A stretch of DNA of 31,137 nucleotides from Seison nebaliae (taxonomy: Eukaryota), in NCBI GenBank assembly GCA_023231475.1, contig JALJEE010002041.1, positions 62,001 to 93,137 on the forward strand, given 5' to 3'. The notes below the pieces were generated by a model. The model saw only the letters and a program-made list of their open reading frames with translations, was not told where the DNA came from and did not search any database. This document shows positions 23,851-31,137 of this stretch, piece after piece. The translations under genes were made by a program, and so were the position numbers. The first letter of the stretch is position 1, and each line of letters begins with the position of its first letter.

Positions 23851-24249
23851 ATTGTCATTCCATTTCATCATTTATTTATTAATATCTTTATAAATTTCTC
23901 TCAACGATTGATAGGTTGGTTGTCGATCGAAGAATAAAAGTAAAATAAAAAAATTTGCACGTTTAATTTGAATGTTTCCCTTTGTTTGTCCTAATCTCTT
24001 CTAGTTAATTGTGTAGACTTTCCATTCTGATAGACTTCAACCAATTATTCATAGTCATAATTTTTTTCTTTCAACAAAAAACTTTATTAAATTATTGTCT
24101 GACTCATCATGACTCCTTCTATTCCAATGCAAATTTTTAATGAAAAATAAATTATAAATCCAAACAGTTCCCTTGTAAGTTCAACCACCAATTAATATGA
24201 AATATCCTAACATAGTCATGTAAGTTATAGTAAAACTGTATAAAAAAGG

Positions 24250-25480
24250 TTAAAACATATTTACAAACTGTTCGATAAAAAGTTCAGGAATTGATAATGG
24301 ATCATCTTTAGAAATTTTTTCGAAAATAATTTCTTCTTTCTTCGCTTGTTTCTCCGATTGTCTTTTTCGTTCTCCTCTTCCTATTTCAATTAATTTAATA
24401 TTAATATAATCGAATCTTTCTTTAATGTTCGTTTCGAATCGGATGATTGACGTGTGTTTGGTTGGGATTAGATGTTTTAGGGCATTATTATTTCCTTCTG
24501 CATCATTGTTTGTTATCGGCAATTTTTGACGGATTCTTTCATAATTGGACCAAATAGTGGAAGGGAATGTAGCTTCCAACGAATTCAGGGACCCATTGAT
24601 TCCAATGTAATCTTTCTCAAAATATCGATAAATTTCGATAACATCATCGTCGACAATTGCCGTACAAAGTTGCTGGAAAGTTTTTGGAATTTCGATCGCT
24701 GGTAGGAATGATAAGGCAGCAAGTAATTTAATTTGTTTGTTAAATTCTAAATTTTCCTGAAATTTTTTTTTCTTACCAATATCTGCTACTTTTCTTATAA
24801 TCGACTGAGAGAGATGAAAAAAACAACCATGTAAGTTGCTTTCCGGAAAAATGTCCCTAAATGCCTTCATTGCTCCTATTTATAGTTATATCGGAATAAT
24901 CGGAATAATGGTTCGGATAAGTTGAAAAAGTTTCTTATAATCTTCTCGTCTTCGATGTTTCATTATTGCGAAGAATAATTCTATAAAATAACCGTTGATT
25001 TCGATCGATATTACATATAATTGGTGGTAATCCTTTGGCGCTTTATCCAATGTGCCATCGGCATAAAAATGAATATCAATTCCAGTTTCTTTTATGTAAT
25101 TTATTAATGGTGTATTGATATATAAAGAAAATTCGGGACTTTCCATTTTTTCCTCAGGATTGAAGATTTGATCCTTAGCCAAATTATTCTTTGCTTTCCT
25201 TACTCTCCTTTGGATAGTTGAAATCCTTCAGAATGATTTTTGAGTTTCGACGTCTGCCTTCCCGACTGTTGATGAAATAATTGCAGATGTTGGCATTCCT
25301 GGTACGTATAACACTTATTGCCCTCATATCGCCGACCACTCTTGTATGTTTAACGCTTACTTCGTCGGTTTCATGGTTGTGACACGAATTGTGCTTCACG
25401 ATATTCTGCTCTTGATCAATAACTACCGTTGCCATACAATGTTCGCGTTTCTTGACACTGCAAACCCAATTGGAGTTTCA
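24250..25480 (-). mobile_element. Decayed Mutator/MULE transposase with FLYWCH-type zinc finger
   Basis: Minus-strand pieces in order: NWVCSVKKREHCMA...CHNHE (zinc finger), YADGTLDKAPKDYHQLYVI, HGCFFHLSQSIIRK, LAALSFLP, WSNY...TNNDAEGNNNALK. Frameshifts and stops are present and the DFE segment is missing near 24880. Confidence 0.88.
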
Positions 25481-25485
25481 ATTGG

Positions 25486-25863
25486 ATGATGAATGAAGAA
25501 AATATTGTTCAATTCGACAGTGGAAACGCAGACGAAAATAGGGTAATTTATTTATCAACGAAGGATTGCATGAAGCATTTGGCAGAAAGCAGCCATATAT
25601 ATAGATGGGACATTTTCTTGCAGTCCCAAATTTTTCAACCAAATTTTTACAATATCAACCGCATCCGGGACTCTATTTTATGCATTATTATCAAATAAAA
25701 CTACAAATGTGTCCAGAAATTTATTCAAGTTCTTAAAAGATATTGTTCAACTCAATCCACAAACAATCACCTTTGATTTTGAAATGGCGGCAATCAATGC
25801 AGCAACGGAAATTTTCACAGATGCCAGCGTCCACGGCTGCTACTTCCATCTAAAACAAAATAT
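25486..25863 (+). mobile_element. Internal fragment of a second MULE transposase
   Basis: FDSGNADENRVIYLST, frameshifted DGTFSCSPKFFNQIFTI, then ITFDFEMAAINAATEIFTDASVHGCYFHLKQNI, where it is abruptly truncated. Confidence 0.88.
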
Positions 25864-26024
25864 AATAATTGTGTCATACAAACAGGATATTGATGGCGCG
25901 AAAATCCGTTCAATATTTTTACATATTGAATTTTCATCTTCAGCAAACATTCAATCAACTATAAATAACTCACACATTCAAAACAAACTTCAAATTACTG
26001 TAAAAAGAAGTCACCAGTAGAATA

Positions 26025-26873
26025 ATGCCAAACAACAAAGATAACAGTGTTAATACAGAAACGAACCAGAGAACAAGAGAAAGCTTCAACCTCCAGCACG
26101 AGATAAGAAAGTTTTATGGAGACGTGGAGCCATTAAATGCAGATACAGACGCGTATAGATGGATCGAAAGCATAGAGGAGAGAATAAGAACCGCGAGATA
26201 TACGGAAGAAGAACAAAGGGACACAATATACAAAGCCTTGATGGATCGCGAGACAAGACAAATAATGAAAAGCCTAGACTCACGTCCATTATCTGAGACA
26301 TTACAAATGATACAGAGAATATCAGGTCCAAAATCGAAAGACGAACGCCTCTACGAAGAGTTCCACAAAGCGGTATCAAAGAAAGAACCGTCACTATATA
26401 CAAAATATCTACGTAGAAACACAGCATTGGAGGCCATCCCAACACCGCACCCATTTAGCCCAGATTTCATAAGATCTTCGTCAAATTTATTGTTAATATT
26501 TTTGGGAGCTTTGATATAAGAATGAAAAACAAAGAGCTTTTTCAAACAAAAAGGAATTCATGAGCAAATAAGCAATGCAAATATGATAGCATTTTTAGTT
26601 AGACACGATTTGGCATTAAAAGAACTAGGTGAAACGCGAATAGAAGGAATATACCAAATGCAAAGAGGAAGATCACCAATTAACAGGTTTGGAAACAACC
26701 AAAACAAATATTCGGAGAGACAAAATAGGTCACCTTATGGAGAAAAAAGTTATTACAGAACATCACTAGCCCCAGGTAACAGAATAGACAATTCCTTGGA
26801 AAGGCAACAAGGAAGATGGAGTTATGGAACATCACCCACACCCGGATGGCAAGAAGGGTTCGTAAGAAGATAA
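26025..26873 (+). mobile_element. Gag-like remnant of an LTR retrotransposon (Ty3/gypsy-type capsid-like)
   Basis: IRKFYGD...DAYRWIESIEERI resembles the N-terminal capsid motif of gypsy-type gags. The strand is A-rich. ORFs 26025-26519 and 26583-26873 share one frame and end in an R/G/N-rich tail. No pol or LTR pair was seen. Confidence 0.55.
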
Positions 26874-27366
26874 AAGATCTTCATCCAGAAGCTGCATAAT
26901 TATTTTTGAATAATTTGTTTTGATGGAACTATTTTTTTTTTTTCTTCCTTCTTTTTATTTCCTTGTTTCCAACTTTTACTTTTCATTTTTCTTATTCCTA
27001 ATGAGTTATTAATTATAGAAAGTCATCTTTCTATTTATAGTAATGTCACTACTTAGCACCATAGTATTAACAATCGTTGAAAAGACAACAAAGTAACAAG
27101 TAATCGATAGTGTCAACGGCATTAAGTAGTAACGGCATTACTGTTTATAATCTATAATGTTATCGTCAACAATTTTAATTAAATCAATCCTATCTTAATC
27201 TCGATTGCTTATTCCAAACAATGTAATTATTTCATCATCAAAGAGTGGATGTTTCCTTCCGGCATGTGATCGAAATTCCAAAACTTTCTTATTGGTCGAT
27301 AGATGAAGAGCCTTCTGTAGTATCGAAGAATTATTGGGAGATAGTTATTATTTAATCGTCCACCGT

Positions 27367-27722
27367 ATTCCTGATCGAACGTATCGATTGTGGAAAACAT
27401 TCGTTCGAAGAATCTCTCAATATATAATTCGCAATAGAAGTGATATTAAAATTCACAATCGACAAACTATCGATAAAATTCAATCATTAATTTACCATCA
27501 ATTGTCCGCAATTCGTTTCAATAAACTGTTTCAAGTGGGTTGGAAGGTTGCGGGTTATATTGAAAGAGAGGAAGATGAAAGATAGCGCACAGTGGACGAA
27601 ATTTGCTTCAAATTGCGGATGGAAAAATGTCTTAAACATTGCAACAAAACACCGTTCTTGAAATGTGCCCGTTGTAATGAAGTTATTTGTTTTGACTGCT
27701 TTTTTGACGAGCGCCATCTGTG
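27367..27722 (+). mobile_element. C-terminal fragment of a pogo-like (DDE_1) transposase with Cys-rich tail
   Basis: One frame through a single stop: PDRTYRLWKTFVRRISQYI...KIQSLIYHQLSAIRF...GWKVAGY...*RTVDEICF...CLKHCNKTPFLKCARCNEVICFDCF. This matches my recollection of invertebrate pogo-like transposase C-termini; not search-verified. Confidence 0.5.
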
Positions 27723-27877
27723 CACATTTCCTTAATATTTATAATTATCATACATTACATATCATATTGCACCTTGTCTTCTTTGATCATCTTCATTTCC
27801 TTCATTGCTTCTCATTTCATCATCATCTTCATCATTTCCACCGAATCCATTACAGGAACTGTAATAAGGAACGTATC

Positions 27878-27989
27878 CTTTCTTCCATTCCTGTCACTTC
27901 ATTTAATTCTTCTCTTTCTTCCATTCCTGTAACTTCATTTAATTCCTCTCTTTATTCCATTCCTGTAACTTCATCTCATTTTCCTCTTT
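27878..27989. repeat. 36-bp minisatellite, about 3 copies
   Basis: Unit ctttcttccattcctgt(c/a)acttcatttaattc(t/c)tct repeats three times. On the minus strand it reads REELNEVTGMEE, possibly an old coding repeat. Confidence 0.85.
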
Positions 27990-28174
27990 TCCTCAATCCT
28001 ATCATTCATCACCAATTCATTCAACCGTCTTCACCACATGCACATTGAATCCTTATGTTTTCCAACCACCTGATTGGGCTTTTCCATCAACTGTTCAGTC
28101 ACTGAATTATCAAAATCATTTGCCTGTCAACACTCCCTCTCTTCCTCGTCATTTGAAATGTGGGCGTCACTAAG

Positions 28175-28288
28175 AAGGTACGAATTCAAGAATGTATGTC
28201 GAACTTTTAGTACGAAGTGAGAAGGTACGAAATGATAAGGTACGAAGTGGGAAGGTGCAAGGGAATAAGGTATGAAGTGGGGAGGTAT
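28175..28288. repeat. 15-bp tandem repeat array, likely the repeat-built terminus of the adjacent MULE
   Basis: Units gtacgaagtgagaag, gtacgaaatgataag, gtacgaagtgggaag, gtgcaagggaataag, gtatgaagtggggag (28210-28284), plus a lone aaggtacgaa at 28175. It lies about 160 bp downstream of the MULE stop codon. Confidence 0.75.
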
Positions 28289-28448
28289 GTCATTTTGAGG
28301 AAAATTTTTTAAACATTTATAAAAAATGAGGAAAAATTTATTGTGGTGAAAAAATTAGAAGAAATAAATTAAAAATATGAATATATATAAAAAACTATGC
28401 AACTGACGTGAATTTATTATCGTATACAAAATATAGTTTCTATTCCAT

Positions 28449-28975
28449 TCAAAAATGATATGATTTCCTCTTTTTCAGATGTTTTTCCCCAATTCTTTTC
28501 ATTTGCATTATTATTTTATTATCTTGGTGAACTTTCTCAATTAAAGTAATTAATTTTCCCAAACTTGGGTGACTAATTGTTTCATTTCTAATTAGCGAGT
28601 TGAAACTTTCAGATATATTATTTGTTCGTCCCATTCCACAAATCGTCCTGTGATAATTGTTCCACAATTTTATCGGAAATAATCCTGGTACAATTCTTTT
28701 ACTAGATGTTTCGTATCCAACATAATTTCGTTCAATGTAATTATACAATGCTTCAGTTTCTTTACAGCTGCTTTCCTATAATTTTTCAAAACCCATAATC
28801 ACACCTTCTGGTGATAAATTACTGAGTCGGTTAACCTCGACACGAAAAGTACGTTCTTTGGTGTATCTCGTTAACCATTGTTGATTACTTTGTATTTTCC
28901 GGTAAATCGACTGTTTGAGGTGAAAATAACAGCAATGAACCTCACAATTTGCCCAAATTTTCTTCACTGCTTTGT
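28449..28975 (-). mobile_element. C-terminal half of a third MULE transposase (pseudogene)
   Basis: VKKIWANCEVHCCYFHLKQSIYRKIQ...*...YNYIERNYVG...LFPIKLWNNYHR...RTNNISESFN...HPSL, one frame with an internal stop at 28776-28778. Confidence 0.88.
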
Positions 28976-29089
28976 GTATAGGATATAATAGTAGAAGGAT
29001 AATAATACGAAATAATATAAAAAATATGATTTTTTAGATTTAGAATGAGAGATATATCAATTTCGAAATTCTTAATTACTCTCCTGATT

Positions 29090-29510
29090 TTTTCTTCCTT
29101 CTCTTTCTATGTTTTACGAACGCGCTTTCTTATGTCCTCTTCGACCAATTTATATGGTGCATTTTCACGTTGAAAGCACTTATACAAATAATTTTCAAAC
29201 ATGGCACGAGTCTGATGGTAGTGCGGTATTTAAAATTTTAACCCATTATTCTTCCCTTCTAAAAGGTTATTCGTTCTTGAGATATCCTCCAGTGTCCATT
29301 GGGCGTTGTTCCATAATTGCGGAGGATATCCGGCATTCTCCATATAAAATTCTTGAAAATAGTTAAAAATTAAATGCAAATGACACGAGGAATTTCTGCG
29401 AATTCGATGAAAAACATCTTGGACGATTTGGATTGGGATGAATGATAAATGTTGCAGGCGTTGAATATCATGACTATGTATCATTTCTTGATCTTTGAAA
29501 TTTCTTGCCA
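29090..29510 (-). mobile_element. C-terminal fragment of a fourth MULE transposase
   Basis: LQHLSFIPIQIVQDVF...IFNYFQEFYM...YPPQLWN...RTNNLLEGKNNGLK, continuing past stops. Boundaries are approximate. Confidence 0.8.
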
Positions 29511-30504
29511 TGGATTCATCGTAAATATTACGAGAGAGTGCATCATTTTGTAGAATTGAAATTTCCCGTGCGATTGCGATCGAAACATTCTCATTATTGA
29601 CAAATGGATTAAGCACCACTCTCATAGGCATATTTTCTATTCGCTGATCTAAAATCTGGCCACATCTACTGACGAATGACTCTTCTAAAGTTTCCAAAGT
29701 ATCTCGCATGCATGCACATAATTGTTCGGAAATTAGCAATCCACACGATGAAAGTCGAGGAAAAGAATCGTAAGACTGAGAAGAAATACATTCCTTCAAC
29801 ATCTTCAGTTTGCCGATGAATATTGTTATTTCGTTAATTGTTACTATTAATACGGAGTTTGTTTCCTTGCAACTTGTTATTTCGATTGCTTCCAACACAT
29901 CGGTAGAAAATTTTAATTTGATTTTCGATTCATTTGAATTTAACAATCGACATTCTCCATTTTCGAAAAGATTCATTTTGCTTAAAACTTCGACGACTTC
30001 GTCATGCAAGGCATCACACCGTTCAAACATTTGAAACGCAGATAGCCATCGAACGTGATTATATTGTTTGAGATGGTTGAAAGAAGTGCTATCTATAAAT
30101 TCCTTGAATTGACGATGAGTGAGTGAGCTTTTTGATTTAATTTTTTTGACGTATTTCCAGACTAATTTGGTAGTTTCTGCTTGATAGCAGATGGCTTGAT
30201 AGATGGGGCAATGATTCAAGTAAACATCCAAGGATAGTTCTTTGACGAACAAAGAACAAAAACCCGTATGTTTTCCTGTCATCGATGGCGCACCGTCAGT
30301 AGATATGCTAATAATTTTATTTGCATTAACACCTAATTCTCTTATTTTCGCAATAATCGCATGATGCATGTCAATCCCTCGTGTTCGATTCTTCATCGGA
30401 ATGAGAGTTAATAGTTTCTCTTCGATATCAAAATTACGGTTAACATACCTCACGAAAACCAGAAGTTGAGCCGTGTCAGAAATATCGACGGATTCATCCA
30501 ACGC
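29511..30504 (-). mobile_element. hAT (Buster/SPIN/GTF2IRD2-like) transposase core, truncated at both ends
   Basis: ALDESVDISDTAQLLVFVRYV, TRGID, ISTDGAPSMTG, HCPIYQ (degenerate CxxH), HRQFKEF, VRWLS. There is no zinc-finger N-terminus or hAT dimerisation C-terminus. Confidence 0.9.
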
Positions 30505-30669
30505 ATTCTATTTTTTGATTATATTTAGATGTCAAATTGGGAGCAATTTGGCAGCAATAATTGCTCCTTTGCTCCATTATAATGCGAGAAATAACATGTA
30601 TAGGACTTATAACATATTCGACTTTATTGGATAGCGGAAATCCGAAAATATTTTTAATAAATCAAATCA

Positions 30670-31137
30670 TTAAAATTTATACGAAGTTCGGATGGCTAAA
30701 ATTAGCCCACTAAATGGATCAATCTTATTTATAGAATTTCTCCATATAAATTCGTGAAGGTAACTCAGAAACAATTTATTCGTTGTTCCGAATTGATTTT
30801 TTAATTTGAGCTTCACCCGCATCCACATATTTTCGACATTCTAAGTGTGAAAACTTAGATGAGAGGGATCCACAAAATATCTTTCATGGATAACAATATC
30901 ATGATTATAGATTCCATTCACGCATTTTTTGATATTTTGATATGCTTTCCACCCATCGCTGACAATAGTGGATCCAGGGAGAATACAGTAGTGTACATTG
31001 AAGAATTATATTCTTCAACGTTATTTCGGTGCGGTCTTCAACCTCCACCAAAAAACATTTCTTGGTTCCCCGTTCGATTCCACCGAAAACCCAATGACCT
31101 TCTCGCCATTGTCCTCGGTGATATTTTCGGTGAAAAA
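30670..31137 (-). mobile_element. Decayed Merlin/ISXO2 (IS1595-like) transposase, runs off the window edge
   Basis: Not in the ORF track. Manual minus-strand translation: RKYHRGQWREGHWVFGGIER, (frameshift) FLVEVEDRT, (frameshift) ILPGSTIVSDGWKAY...VIHERYFVDP...HT*NVENMW...YLHEFIWR. Confidence 0.9.

Noticed and set aside
27039..27142. Imperfect inverted repeat as a MITE
   Set aside because: Arms are short and gapped, and no target-site duplication is seen.
28210..28284. Repeat array as CRISPR-like
   Set aside because: Head-to-tail units without spacers, eukaryotic context, no cas genes.
30540..30567. 9-bp stem hairpin ggagcaatt...aattgctcc
   Set aside because: Isolated, and no function can be assigned within TE debris.

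Overview
AT-rich eukaryotic (invertebrate-like) genomic DNA with very short introns, mostly 44-68 bp. Three host genes lie on the + strand. (1) A complete CaMKII gene (3775-12598, 14 core exons, about 576 aa). Its 6.3-kb variable-linker interval holds several phase-1 candidate alternative exons, including a roughly 1.4-kb open exon and candidate stop-containing exons. (2) A three-exon class A peptide-type GPCR (17050-19405) with a basic third intracellular loop of about 385 aa. (3) A two-exon RBR (RING1-IBR-RING2) E3 ligase (20275-23850) with an unassigned N-terminal extension of about 770 aa. From about 24.2 kb to the end is a dense pile of broken transposons: four Mutator/MULE pieces, a Ty3/gypsy-type gag remnant, a pogo-like piece, a hAT transposase fused in frame to a MULE tail, and a Merlin/ISXO2 piece. 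The two most notable signals are a GTT-dominated 5' splice-site consensus (14 of 16 well-supported introns) and the CaMKII linker architecture, which could yield giant-linker, kinase-less or hub-less isoforms. All calls are from manual reading; no database searches were run.
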